DNA of 63,808 nucleotides, the filler included, from Octopus bimaculoides (taxonomy: Eukaryota): the NCBI RefSeq assembly GCF_001194135.2. It is 8 parts of 7 records of this genome, joined end to end, with 100 filler letters (N's around TTAATTAATTAA, not from the genome) between each part and the next. Parts side by side here need not be neighbours in the genome. Positions count along the whole stretch, not along the records: positions 1 to 20,396 come from NC_068994.1; 7 more parts are not named here. One strand, written 5' to 3'. The position numbers and the translations under genes were made by a program. This document shows positions 1-13,670 of the stretch, in pieces. The notes below the pieces were generated by a model that was not told where the DNA came from, made no database searches, and worked only from the letters and a program-made list of their open reading frames with translations. Numbering within the stretch: position 1 is the first letter of the stretch; each line of letters starts with the position of its first letter.

Positions 1-867
1 TATATAGCGATTTTCTATATATATATATATATATATCAAAACAGTTTGATCAAAACTCCTTGGTACTCTGAGTTTGAAACGTCTGATTCAAACTCCTATT
101 GCCGCCGACTAGCGACACGCATAAAAGTCAGAGTACCAAGGAGTTTAAATCGAATATATATACATATATACATGTGCATAGATTCACCGATATATAAATA
201 CGCATTTATATGTATGCACGGGTATCAGCATGTTTGAGCGTGGGCAGGAAAAATGGTGGATTTGTATTGATGCATGCGCGTGTATATGTATACATGTGTG
301 TGTGTCTGTGTGTGTACGCATGCGCGCGATAATTTATGCGTATTTGCTTCGGTTGAATGATTGAAAACGGAAATCGACGGTTTTCATTGTTTATGTGAAC
401 GTTTGACTGAATCTGTCTTTGTGCATTGACATTTCATGGAAAACCTCACCAGATGTATTAGACGGTTTCAGGACAATGCAAGCGATGATAAAGTAGAATG
501 TGGAGCGGCGGTGGGCGATGGAGGGAACGACCTCCGAAGAAAACAAAACATGAATAGATATATTGCCTTCTCAATAAACACGACTAGAATAATATCAATT
601 TCTCTTGAACATCTGCTACTAATTCGAATACTAATAATTATTCTTACAGCTGGTACCTCCTCACGCAGTTTGGAAGAAAATTGTGGCGATTGGAATTCTG
701 AAATATATTATTAGGAAAGTCACGCCAATGTACTGTAATTTTAACTAAGAAGGTAAACTAATGCAACTTCGTTACAGTCAGGAATACATTTCGTACCACG
801 AAACCACAACTTTCAAAAACAACGACTACGATTAGTACAACTCCTCCTACTACAACTACTACTATTA

Positions 868-897
868 CTAATAATAATAATAATAATAATAATAATG

Positions 898-963
<66 letters not shown>
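868..963. repeat. (AAT)n microsatellite, preceded by a degenerate (ACT)n
   Basis: Direct reading of the sequence; abuts an RLE-LINE fragment on its right. Confidence 0.95.
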
Positions 964-1762
964 TTCAGACAAATACATAACAGAAACACCAGGACTTACA
1001 AATATATATAACANNNNNNNNNNNNNNNNNNNNNNNNNNNNNNNNNNNNNNNNNNNNNNNNNNNNNNNNNNNNNNNNNNNNNNNNNNNNNNNNNNNNNNN
1101 NNNNNNNNNNNNNNNNNNNNNNNNNNNNNNNNNNNNNNNNNNNNNNNNNNNNNNNNNNNNNNNNNNNNNNNNNNNNNNNNNNNNNNNNNNNNNNNNNNNN
1201 NNNNNNNNNNNNNNNNNNNNNNNNNNNNNNNNNNNNNNNNNNNNNNNNNNNNNNNNNNNNNNNNNNNNNNNNNNNNNNNNNNNNNNNNNNNNNNNNNNNN
1301 NNNNNNNNNNNNNNNNNNNNNNNNNNNNNNNNNNNNNNNNNNNNNNNNNNNNNNNNNNNNNNNNNNNNNNNNNNNNNNNNNNNNNNNNNNNNNNNNNNNN
1401 NNNNNNNNNNNNNNNNNNNNNNNNNNNNNNNNNNNNNNNNNNNNNNNNNNNNNNNNNNNNNNNNNNNNNNNNNNNNNNNNNNNNNNNNNNNNNNNNNNNN
1501 NNNNNNNNNNNNNNNNNNNNNNNNCAAGGCACACAGAGCTTATTATTGTTTTGACGCATTTTCCACTTTTACTCGGTATTTTCATTCTCTGTCTCTCACA
1601 CTGTCTCTCCCTCTCTCTTTCTCTCTTCTTATATACACATATATATGACACACAGAAAATTGCACTACTGGGCACTGCACACATCCTACGCAAAACACTT
1701 TCAATACAGTAACCATAAGAGCATTACAGCAAACCACAGCACATACCCAAGGCACACAGAGC
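964..1762 (+). mobile_element. 3' fragment(s) of an R4/Dong-type RLE non-LTR retrotransposon (split by a gap and a local duplication)
   Basis: 965-1013 translates as SDKYITETPGLTNIYN. 1653-1712 translates as QKIALLGTAHILRKTLSIQ*, the LQK..LLGTA.ILRK C-terminus also seen in the LINEs at 31400, 31940 and 32520. Followed by a short 3' UTR to 1762. Confidence 0.7.
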
Positions 1763-1869
1763 TTATTATTGTTTTGACGCATTTTCCACTTTTACTCGGT
1801 ATTTTCATTCTCTGTCTCTCACACTGTCTCTCCCTCTCTCTTTCTCTCTTCTTATATACACATATATAT
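1525..1869. repeat. Exact 122-bp direct duplication (1525-1646 = 1748-1869, period 223)
   Basis: Base-by-base identity of the two copies; first copy starts at the edge of a 511-N gap. Confidence 0.9.
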
Positions 1870-3812
1870 ATATATGTATGTACACACACCACATGTGTGT
1901 CAGTGTGTTTGTCTGTATATGTGTATGCGCTCGCATGTGTTTGTCGTGTATTTACGTGTACAAATATGTGTTTTGTGTGTATGAATGCATACATTTGTTG
2001 TATATCATTTCATTTCTACATCTGATTTTCTGGTGTTGATAATGGAAAATTTAACAACTCTTCCTTTATAGACCGAGGTCTTTGTTTTACTGTTTTGAAA
2101 TATTTATGTTGTTGAAATGGAAAAAAAAAAAAAANNNNNNNNNNNNNNNNNNNNNNNNNNNNNNNNNNNNNNNNNNNNNNNNNNNNNNNNNNNNNNNNNN
2201 NNNNNNNNNNNNNNNNNNNNNNNNNNNNNNNNNNNNNNNNNNNNNNNNNNNNNNNNNNNNNNNNNNNNNNNNNNNNNNNNNNNNNNNNNNNNNNNNNNNN
2301 NNNNNNNNNNNNNNNNNNNNNNNNNNNNNNNNNNNNNNNNNNNNNNNNNNNNNNNNNNNNNNNNNNNNNNNNNNNNNNNNNNNNNNNNNNNNNNNNNNNN
2401 NNNNNNNNNNNNNNNNNNNNNNNNNNNNNNNNNNNNNNNNNNNNNNNNNNNNNNNNNNNNNNNNNNNNNNNNNNNNNNNNNNNNNNNNNNNNNNNNNNNN
2501 NNNNNNNNNNNNNNNNNNNNNNNNNNNNNNNNNNNNNNNNNNNNNNNNNNNNNNNNNNNNNNNNNNNNNNNNNNNNNNNNNNNNNNNNNNNNNNNNNNNN
2601 NNNNNNNNNNNNNNNNNNNNNNNNNNNNNNNNNNNNNNNNNNNNNNNNNNNNNNNNNNNNNNNNNNNNNNNNNNNNNNNNNNNNNNNNNNNNNNNNNNNN
2701 NNNNNNNNNNNNNNNNNNNNNNNNNNNNNNNNNNNNNNNNNNNNNNNNNNNNNNNNNNNNNNNNNNNNNNNNNNNNNNNNNNNNNNNNNNNNNNNNNNNN
2801 NNNNNNNNNNNNNNNNNNNNNNNNNNNNNNNNNNNNNNNNNNNNNNNNNNNNNNNNNNNNNNNNNNNNNNNNNNNNNNNNNNNNNNNNNNNNNNNNNNNN
2901 NNNNNNNNNNNNNNNNNNNNNNNNNNNNNNNNNNNNNNNNNNNNNNNNNNNNNNNNCTCTCTCTCTCTCTCTCTCTCTCTCGTTCTGGCTCTGCCTTTTT
3001 CTCTTGCGCCAATCACCTACATCTCTATTTCTCTGTTTCTCACATTTATGTCCTTTCTCTCTTTCCTGGAATCTTAATCCCTCCCACTGAGAAACTTTGT
3101 CTCTATCTCTCCCGCTCTCTATCTCTCACTCATCTTTTCTTTCCATCTCTATGCCTCTCTCCCTCCATTTCTCTACTCTTTCTCCCTAGCCTTCTCTTTC
3201 CTTCTCACACTCCTTTCCTTCTCCATTTCTCTCTCCCTATTTCCATCTCTCCCCACTCTCTCTCTCTCTCAATCTCTCTCTTGCAAGTAATTTATTTGAA
3301 AATATATTTCCTTTCTAAAAAATTAATTAAACAAAAATTATTCTAATTATGTTAACCATTAATATTCTTTATTTTGCAGGTAATCAAATTTCTTCAATCT
3401 CTTGAGTGTTTCTAAATTATTTAGAATTATTCATAGAATTATTGTGTCACACAATCTGTTAGAATACTGGATGTCAATATTATTATTTGGTTAAGTGATT
3501 TAACTAGACATCGTTGCAAGGAAAAAAGGTCCTTTCCAACTACATCGTCTCAAACTCGATCCTACTGCACGGCGGTCCAGCGTCTTTTACTGTATCTTTA
3601 GATCGTCTAAAGTTTTGTTAGTAACGGTCCAGGGAATGTTTAAGTAAATCGCTTTTCAATAATGTAATTGAAATGAATGTAAATGAAATAAAAGCCACTT
3701 AAGTTATAATAATAAATATAAAAACTCGAGTTCAACGTTGACATTCATAGCAGTTCACCGCCTGAATTGACATCGTTAAACCATGAAATATAAGCGTTAA
3801 TTTATATTTCTA

Positions 3813-4740
3813 CTAGATGGCCCGGTGCCGTCAAAAATGACGGCTAATTGTAGTATTTTATATATAAGAAAAGTACAAAACCAATCTTTTAGTTTAATGA
3901 TTCTTTTATTACAAAATTCTTAGTGAAAAATCTCTCTATAACCAACACGCCTTGAGTGCTTGTTTCCTTCAAAAGAATTTTTAAGTTTCCCTTCCTTTTT
4001 GTACGATTGAAGGCCACATTAATCTGGCTGTGACAAATGGCGGGAGCTGGCAAGTAAATACCAACTTTTTCGAAGCTCTTGCGATGTGTTTATGGTCATG
4101 GCAAAAGCTGGTATGACAGGGAACTGCGGCCTGCTCATATTGCAGTGTAGATCCGTCTTACTCGGATGCAGGTCAACTCGTGTTATGAAAGTTTCATTTC
4201 CTTTTTCATTGCCAGTAATGATTCTTCCATGACTATAAAATTCATCAGATGATAAGACCAAAAATCGAGCAGCATTTAGCAAGCAATTAGCAGGATCCAA
4301 ATTTCTCAGCAAAATCACAATGGAATTTTTCTTCAGTACTCGATTGTATGGGGACATACACAAAACGGCATCAGAGAATTCAAAAACTCTTCCGGATAAT
4401 TCATGATATTCCCGTCACGTTCGTCAACCAATGCATCAACACTTTGATATATTTGTACGTCTCCATCTAGAAGTGATGATATTGTAGTATTCAATTCGAT
4501 TGAATCTTTGTTTTTTGATGTTAAAATAATTATATATATATAATGTCTCTTTGCATACATATGTGATTATACTTGTTCTTGTTCATGTAAGCATCTGTTT
4601 GTGTTTTGTACGTAAAATAGAAGCAACGACAAAGGGATACTTGCACGAACAAGTATACAAATACGAGTATGGCGGTTTAACGTACGTAAGTTATTTTATG
4701 TGGATGTCATTAGAGGTTGTGTCATCAATATACGTCTGCG
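3813..4740 (-). mobile_element. Helitron 3' relic: degenerate PIF1-like helicase C-terminus plus intact 3' hairpin and CTAG
   Basis: Minus-strand frames give YPEEFLNSL..PHT, LKKNSIVILLRNLDPAN, GRIITG..KG, QFPVIPAFAMTIN.SQ and CHSQINVAFNR (from FSHGQLYVA.SR), with frameshifts and stops. Hairpin GCCGTCA-TTTT-TGACGGC at 3827-3844 lies about 10 nt before terminal CTAG (3816-3813), which is followed by T. The 5' limit is approximate. Confidence 0.88.
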
Positions 4741-4930
4741 GTTTGAGAACACATTTACATATATGTGCATGTATTTCTTTATGTGTGTGTATGGTGTACG
4801 TTACCTATACAAACATACATATACATATAACGGTATAACCATTTGATTAGAGTTATATATGTGTATACAAACACACACATAAATATATATGTATACACAC
4901 ACAGATGTATGTATGTGTGAGAGAGAACGA

Positions 4931-4995
<65 letters not shown>

Positions 4996-5346
4996 CATAC
5001 ATATAGAGAGAGAGAGAGACATTGAGAGATTTATATATATATTTATATAAGCGTTTATATCTCGTGTAATGTACGAATTTGAATTTCTATTGTCACACGA
5101 TATTCTGAAGTTCTATCCGGAAAATAATTCAAACAGCATCTATTTCGCTCTATATACTTTATGATGTTTTCAAATGCTATTCAGGCTGATATCTTCTTTG
5201 GTACAAAACTCTATGCGTTTTAATCACTCATACAAGTTCAGAGCTATAAATAACGTGCATCAACTGAATCGGTTTTAAAGAGCAAGAATACGTGACACCA
5301 GCAACATATAATACATACACATACACACACATATGTGTGTATGTAC

Positions 5347-5397
<51 letters not shown>

Positions 5398-5398
5398 C

Positions 5399-5467
<69 letters not shown>

Positions 5468-5804
5468 TATAGATAGATACTTGATTCATTCATGTTCTGT
5501 ATGTAAAACTGATTCAATACAGAAAGTTTTTATTCGCGATAATATAGATTTCACACGGAATTGAATACCTGCGGGGTTTACAAGGTCGTATCCTGTTGAT
5601 TTCAGAAGTTCTGGATTCGTAATGAAATGCGATGTTTTCCAGAAATTTGTCACTATCAAGTATTTACCAACCAATTTCACAACGCGAATGCTATACGCAC
5701 AAATTCTAATTTACAATGTGCATGCAAAGATAAAATTGCATGTGAAACTGATGATGCAAAATGACAAAGAATTGTGGGTGAGAATATAGAGATGAAGAAA
5801 CGAC

Positions 5805-5866
<62 letters not shown>

Positions 5867-6543
5867 TCAAGATATTCATTTACTTGTTTTTATTCTAAAC
5901 AAGAATATAGATGCATACAAAATATTTCTGGCACACAAATAATTTATCTTACATGAACAAGGGACATCGCAATAAATAAAAGGACCATTGTTTGTTGTGA
6001 TAGTTTGTGTGATCAAAAGAAGGTGGAATGTTAAATATACACGAATTCATGTGTGTGTAAACATATGCGTTAAATACTCAAGAGATAGGCTGAAAAATTA
6101 GAGTTTGATTTAAATAAGCATTTTACGAATTTATATGAGAGTTTCAATCAGTAGCATAATGTCTGGCAGCGGTACGACGACCCCTAGTAACGAAATAATA
6201 ACGTTTCTATTTACTGTTGGTAGGAAAGAAAGTTTATATGTCCATAAATGGAAAATAGATTTGCAACGGAATATCCCCAAAATTAATTACATGTATGTAT
6301 TTCCATTTGTTTTTTTTTTTATACTCTGTCTATTTTTGACAGTCAAAAATGACCGTGAAATGTCCCAAAACAATCTATGCTAGTGTAAGCCAATCTCGTA
6401 TTTGATTTAGACGATATTCTGAAAAACCATTACACACACACAAACATACACAGAAACATATATGTGGGTGTCTGTATGTCTGTGTTTGTGTGTCTGTGTG
6501 TGTGTCTGTGTGTGTATGACTGTATGTGTGTGAATGTACAGAT

Positions 6544-6581
<38 letters not shown>

Positions 6582-6892
6582 CGATGAGAGAAAGAGAGGT
6601 ACAGCAACTTACATTGCCTCATATTTCTTCCTAGACATCATCTAGAGTCAAGTTATGAAGCGTCTATATATACATATAAACATATACACATGTCTCTGTT
6701 TTTGTGTGTGTGTTTGTTTGTGTGTGAGAGAGAGGAGAGTATTAAAATATATATACATACAGGTATATATATCTAAATCGATAGATATACATATACATAT
6801 GTATACACGTCCATACACACACAGAGATATATTATGAAATACATGCTTGTATGTATATATACGTGTGTGTCAGTGTGTATATGTGTGAGTGA

Positions 6893-6925
<33 letters not shown>

Positions 6926-7676
6926 TTATGCGTGCGTGCGTGTGCGCGCGCCTGTGAATATCCAATGCTAAACTATGCAGAAAAAAACTGTTGTCAAAGA
7001 ATAATTATTACGCATCAATAATCAAACAATACTACTTTTAATTTAGACCATGCAAATGTATGTACGAAAATTCTGACACATGTGAACATGTGTCTGTTGA
7101 TCAGACAGATGAGATTTCAACAAATGAGCAGACGACATTTCCCATGCATCGCCTTATGTGTATAGAACTTAAGCTTCAGGTCTTTATCTTTCGAAAATGT
7201 TGGTAAGAAGAAGCATTTTGTGAGATTGGAAACCTGATAAAAGAGATATTACGTAAAAATAGCACTTTTAGGAGTTTTTAAAGATCAATATTACTTCAGT
7301 GGCATCAATATTATAATACTACGAATAGGGAATATAGTAACCCTGCCGCTATTTTCTTTCCTTTTCGTACGATGTATTGAATTTTTGGTGGTACAAATAA
7401 AGCATAGTGTATTATTGAAGCCATTGATTTCTTTTTTATGGAAGCATGAAAAGGGTAGAGATTATATTTTTCTATGATCTAAAATTATGGTTCAGTTGCT
7501 TTCTAAGAAAGATAGGCTGTCAATTATTGCAGGGTATCTACACTAACCAGGTGTCATACTGGTGTTCATAGTGTGACATCAGTCGCTTAAGACATCAAAG
7601 GCATGAAATTATTAGGAGTTCTGAAACGCAATCTATCGCCAAAGATCACAAGTGAATATACAAATGATATAAATTA

Positions 7677-8551
7677 CAAGGTGCTTTCAAAAAGTATGCG
7701 ACGTTATTTTTCCCAACCAAAACTAATGCCATGTAGGAAAATCTTTTGGGTAGATGGTAACTGCACCCTTCCTGCGCATACGTGAAAAGTTTCGCGCTGG
7801 TAGGCGGTTTCATTTCCCGGTTGTTACGCCAGTGTACAGACGTGTGGTGCGCGCTCGTTGGATCTTTGTTTTCAACGAACGCAGAGCGAAGATATATGGC
7901 ATCAAGTCTTGCCAAAAGTGTGATTATCCTCAATCTCAAACGATCCAGAAAATTCAAACAGGCGATGATCCCATGGTGAAAACTCAGATCAAGGAGTGGC
8001 ACAACGCCTTAAACATGCCTTCACTTCAATGAGGAGTGAGGCACGCTAAGGTAGACCATCCACAATCCGAAAACAGGTGCTGATTGAGAAGGTTCTGAAA
8101 ATAGTCATGGAGGACTTTCGTGTAACAATACAGGAAATTGATCACCATGTTGAATTAAGCACAGGATCAGTGCACTCCATTTGAACGGAGAACCTGTGAC
8201 ATATGAAAAGTTTTGGCGAAATACGTCCCTAAGGTGCTGGGTAGTGGCAGAAGCCACTCCGTATAGAAATCACTCATGATATGCTCGACTGTGCAAGCCA
8301 CGAGCCAACCTTCATGAAGACCATCATCACTGATGATGAGACTTGGGTTTATAGTCGTTGCTCGCTCCGTTTGGTTGTTTTGCGTGGAGACGAAAATCCA
8401 AGGAGCGTGCACTACACGTCTGTATCTAGGCGTAACAGCAAAAACATGTGCACGCAGGAAGAGTGCCGTTCCTTTCCATGCCATGAATTTTGCCAACGCA
8501 GCATTATTTTCGACAGTAAAATCTACAGTCAGACTGTTTTCCCGCACCTCA
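7677..8551 (+). mobile_element. Mariner-family (DD34D-like) deletion derivative with long diverged inverted arms
   Basis: Left end TA|CAAGGTGCTTTCAAAAAGTATGCGAC is a mariner-type TIR. Decayed transposase (TIQKIQTGDDPMVKTQIKEWHN; MKSFGEIRP from AKFVP; MLDCASHEPTFMKTIITDDETWVY) stops at 8352. About 8356-8551 is a reverse-complement homologue of 7677-7895. Confidence 0.85.
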
Positions 8552-10185
8552 TTCAAATACATGCACAGATACACAATAATATTATCTACCATTTTAACAT
8601 TCAATATACAATGATGTTAACTGACATTCTAATAATCTTGTTCTCATTACCATCTGGATCATAATACTAAAAAGCAAAGTTATTACTGTTCATTTTTCAT
8701 GTGGCTAACAGTGTAATATTCATCGATAATTTGCACAGTGAGATCAATCACACATTCTAGAGACGAATCAAAAGATGGCGCTAACCGCGTGCAGATTGAA
8801 GTTAAACAAATGAGAAGTGAAGTAACGTTGACAAGAAATGTACCGCAGACAAAAGATCTTGACAAATACGATGCGTCTTACTTTCGAATACTAGTTTACA
8901 TCATCGTTGGGTCTGCCAGTGGCGCTTTAACAAGAATAACTGAAACTGCAAAGAATATTTCTTATGCTTTGTTATTTTTATTCTTCAGGCAATACATGTC
9001 TGCATCGGAAACTCTTTGACTAAAAGGTGTGTATGATTATTAGAAATATACAATGCTGACGTAAAATGACAAAGAAAATAATTTCGAATTAAATTAATCG
9101 GTATGAAAACTATGATGTGATAATTTGGAGCACTGCAGCTGAAGCTTGCGGATTCACTCAAGAAAATATAGAAGAGTAATTTATCTAACATTGCCCTGAG
9201 GCATTGCAGGTTACGCCGGATTTGTTTTACAATGCCTACAACGTCGGTCTCAGCTGATATTTCATTCAGGAAGTTTCAACTGCGTGTAAAGTATTTTACA
9301 ACAAATGCGTCGACATGTCTTGTGGTTGTTTTTCCCAGACTCTGTCCAATGGAATCGCAATCGAATAATTAATTTCAAGCGTATCATGTCAAACTACGTA
9401 TACAAAAAAAAATGCAAAGCGAGTGCTTCTGAAAATGGTTAAATATGTTTAGATATCATTTCATGCTACTTGGTAAAAAAATATATAAATAAAGATACTA
9501 TTGATATGAGATTTATTATTTAGTAATTTAGAGCTATAAGGGAGATCAGATCTCTTATTTCAATTTTTCATAAAAGCAAAACACACACACACACACACAG
9601 ATATAGGTGTGTGTATGTATATCGTTAACAGACGAAAATCTTCTGGTCTGAGCATCGGAACTGTCAGATTTGAATGCACCGCCGCATTCCGGATTCGGAG
9701 GTGACTAATGAACCCAGATCAAGATAAACACACATTCCTCAGATATAACGGACCGAGTTTCCGCGTTAGCTACACTGGTGGTCTCTTTTCAAGAAGCTGG
9801 CTTTAATTCTGAATGAACATTCAATGTTCCTTATTTTCAAAAATCTTCACTTCTTCCATTATATTTTTTCCTCCATTCGAGGCGACGGAAGCATTGCTTT
9901 GCCAATTGATGTGCCATACTTCACATGCTTTCCTTCACCGTCGATTTTACACAGCCTTTAACTCGTAGTTTTGGTTTCGCTTGGGCTCTTGAGAAAAAAA
10001 AACAACTCTACATATAGATTCTGCTAAGGAATCGTATGATCTTTCAAGCAAAGATGTTCAGTTCAACGCGGTCGGTACCCGAACAAAAAGGCTCCAGCAG
10101 TCAGAGCGTTGACTCTCCTAAACAACTTCACGTCGGAAGAATGCACCGGGAAGGTGTGAGGTTTCTAGCAAAGGAGTATTGTTTC

Positions 10186-10266
<81 letters not shown>

Positions 10267-11132
10267 CTTTTCGAGGTTATTTTGCATGATTTTAACGAAT
10301 GTGACATCGAAATCACGCAGCTCCTTTCCTTAGTAAAGGTAAGGTTTTGCTGCTATTTTGTGCACGCCCTGCTACCACCTAACAGTTATTGCGAGTCCTT
10401 TATCGCGAACAGCAGTTACGTGATAGCAGGGCGTGCTAGAAATAGTAGCCAAATCTTTGGAAGTGAGATACGTTGAATGAACTTGAAATAAAATTCATGG
10501 AAAAAAAATCTTTCACACCGAGGATACGAACGGATGTTTTACGAAATGCTTATGCCAAAAGGAACTTTTGTAACGGTATTCACTTGAAAATAATTTTTAA
10601 AACAAACATTAAAATACTGTCTGCTTAATGAAGGCTAAAATATAAATAATTCTTGTACAACAAACAACTTATATTTTTGAAATCACATTCACTTAAAGAT
10701 ATTTCCAAATGATTAAGATATTTTGTTTAACAAAAGCGGAAATAGATACCTTATTCGTTGTCAAGTCACTCTATAATCGAAAGGTAAGAGTTACTTCCTT
10801 TTCAGGATCAAGTGAATTTCGTAGACGTTTCATATTAGGCATCATTTTGGGTATTTAGACCTCTTAATATTTAGACCCCTTAATATCTTAAATCCCTATA
10901 TTAAAACCCTTAATATCTTCACAATTACTTACCCAATTTACCTGAAAGTTGTTTCATTTTGCTCGTATTTACATTGCAGGTGGGACTTAATTCACAGTAT
11001 TTTCCCTTAATGAACCAGTTTCTCTAAGTAACAATACAAGCATTAAGAAAGATGCAATCTAACTTTTAATGTATTATAGATTAATGTCTATAAATATTTA
11101 TCTATTTATTCATCTATCTATCAATATATATG

Positions 11133-11187
<55 letters not shown>

Positions 11188-12904
11188 NNNNNNNNNNNNN
11201 NNNNNNNNNNNNNNNNNNNNNNNNNNNNNNNNNNNNNNNNNNNNNNNNNNNNNNNNNNNNNNNNNNNNNNNNNNNNNNNNNNNNNNNNNNNNNNNNNNNN
11301 NNNNNNNNNNNNNNNNNNNNNNNNNNNNNNNNNNNNNNNNNNNNNNNNNNNNNNNNNNNNNNNNNNNNNNNNNNNNNNNNNNNNNNNNNNNNNNNNNNNN
11401 NNNNNNNNNNNNNNNNNNNNNNNNNNNNNNNNNNNNNNNNNNNNNNNNNNNNNNNNNNNNNNNNNNNNNNNNNNNNNNNNNNNNNNNNNNNNNNNNNNNN
11501 NNNNNNNNNNNNNNNNNNNNNNNNNNNNNNNNNNNNNNNNNNNNNNNNNNNNNNNNNNNNNNNNNNNNNNNNNNNNNNNNNNNNNNNNNNNNNNNNNNNN
11601 NNNNNNNNNNNNNNNNNNNNNNNNNNNNNNNNNNNNNNNNNNNNNNNNNNNNNNNNNNNNNNNNNNNNNNNNNNNNNNNNNNNNNNNNNNNNNNNNNNNN
11701 NNNNNNNNNNNNNNNNNNNNNNNNNNNNNNNNNNNNNNNNNNNNNNNNNNNNNNNNNNNNNNNNNNNNNNNNNNNNNNNNNNNNNNNNNNNNNNNNNNNN
11801 NNNNNNNNNNNNNNNNNNNNNNNNNNNNNNNNNNNNNNNNNNNNNNNNNNNNNNNNNNNNNNNNNNNNNNNNNNNNNNNTATATATATATATATATCCAC
11901 GTGTCTATCTATCTCAGTATCTGCTTATCTATCTCTATGTGTTTGTTTATGTACGTAAGTATATATGTTTGTATATGTATGTATGTGCATGTACGAATCA
12001 AAGTATTTACACGTGTATGTGTGTGCGTGTGTGTTTCCAATGTTTACAGGGAAATCATTGACAAGCTTCATTCGATATGTATAATATAGAACATTTTGCT
12101 GTCGTGCGTATTTTTGTTATCACACGTGTAATATTTTTCATGTTAGTCACTTTTTTTTTTATCTCTGTAATGTGATTTGTTGTTTGCTAATTATATTTGC
12201 TCATTTGATTTGTCAGCTAAAATATTTGCAGATAATTCAATAATCTCTCACGTCATGATAAACGTGGTATTATTTCTGCCTGCATTCAATGAAATAAGCA
12301 AACGCACATGCATATATAAATATATACACATATATACATATATATATATATATANNNNNNNNNNNNNNNNNNNNNNNNNNNNNNNNNNNNNNNNNNNNNN
12401 NNNNNNNNNNNNNNNNNNNNNNNNNNNNNNNNNNNNNNNNNNNNNNNNNNNNNNNNNNNNNNNNNNNNNNNNNNNNNNNNNNNNNNNNNNNNNNNNNNNN
12501 NNNNNNNNNNNNNNNNNNNNNNNNNNNNNNNNNNNNNNNNNNNNNNNNNNNNNNNNNNNNNNNNNNNNNNNNNNNNNNNNNNNNNNNNNNNNNNNNNNNN
12601 NNNNNNNNNNNNNNNNNNNNNNNNNNNNNNNNNNNNNNNNNNNNNNNNNNNNNNNNNNNNNNNNNNNNNNNNNNNNNNNNNNNNNNNNNNNNNNNNNNNN
12701 NNNNNNNNNNNNNNNNNNNNNNNNNNNNNNNNNNNNNNNNNNNNNNNNNNNNNNNNNNNNNNNNNNNNNNNNNNNNNNNNNNNNNNNNNNNNNNNNNNNN
12801 NNNNNNNNNNNNNNNNNNNNNNNNNNNNNNNNNNNNNNNNNNNNNNNNNNNNNNNNNNNNATATATTTATATAATAAATCATTATATATTGTCCTTATGG
12901 GTGT

Positions 12905-13060
12905 GTGAAGACGCATGACGTAGTGGTTCCGAAATTTTCCTCATGATCGTATGATTGTGGTTTCCATTTGTGGACTGGGCGATGTTTCGTTTTATTAAAC
13001 AAAAGAATTTATTTCACGTTCCTCGACATCTTTCAACTGGCAAAAATATGTAAATCTTAA
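12905..13060 (+). mobile_element. Degenerate tRNA-derived SINE 5' part
   Basis: GACGCATGACGTAGTGGTT A-box-like head followed by TTTATTTCACGTT...CAACTGGCAAAAAT, related to the SINE at 45090-45405. Confidence 0.5.
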
Positions 13061-13606
13061 TCCACCCATCACCCTATCTAAGGTTAATTTCTTACGTCCC
13101 AGAATTCGGAAACCGTTCTTACAAGCTCGAAAGGGGCTTCTAAACGCCAAATATGACACCAAATCAATCTTGTTGAAAACACTTTCCTAAAGTACTATGC
13201 AGTAGCACTGAGCCCGGAACCATATGTTTATGAAACAATCTTTTTACCATAGAAACACGGCTACACTGTATTTATTTCAATATCATTGCTTCATTTTATA
13301 TTTCTGGAATTTTTGTCGCTTGTTTTACGTGACTGATTTATTTTAACATATACGGATTATACTACTTGGAGAAGTCCAGAAGTGACAGGCCTGTCGCGCC
13401 CTAGGATGAGCGAACGCTTGAAATAAGATTTTACAGAATATAGTTTACAAAAGAGTGCTTCGTGTTATTTTATGTACATAATTGTAACTCGACTAAACTT
13501 TACTCACAACAGACATCTTACCGTAGCAAGTAAAGACGAAGCCATTATTTTCAAGGTAGTGTCCATAGACAAATATACCTAACAGTATACGTTTGTATAC
13601 ATGTAA

Positions 13607-13670
<64 letters not shown>

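Noticed and set aside
436-714. 92-aa plus-strand ORF and an overlapping minus-strand segment with a GTGAG donor
   Set aside because: No recognisable domain; neither reading has matching start and splice support.
5590-5790. Cys-containing frame (ICHYQVFTNQ...SNLQCACKDKIACETDDAK*) reminiscent of a PAN/apple domain
   Set aside because: In-frame stops before the available donor; Cys spacing does not fit convincingly.
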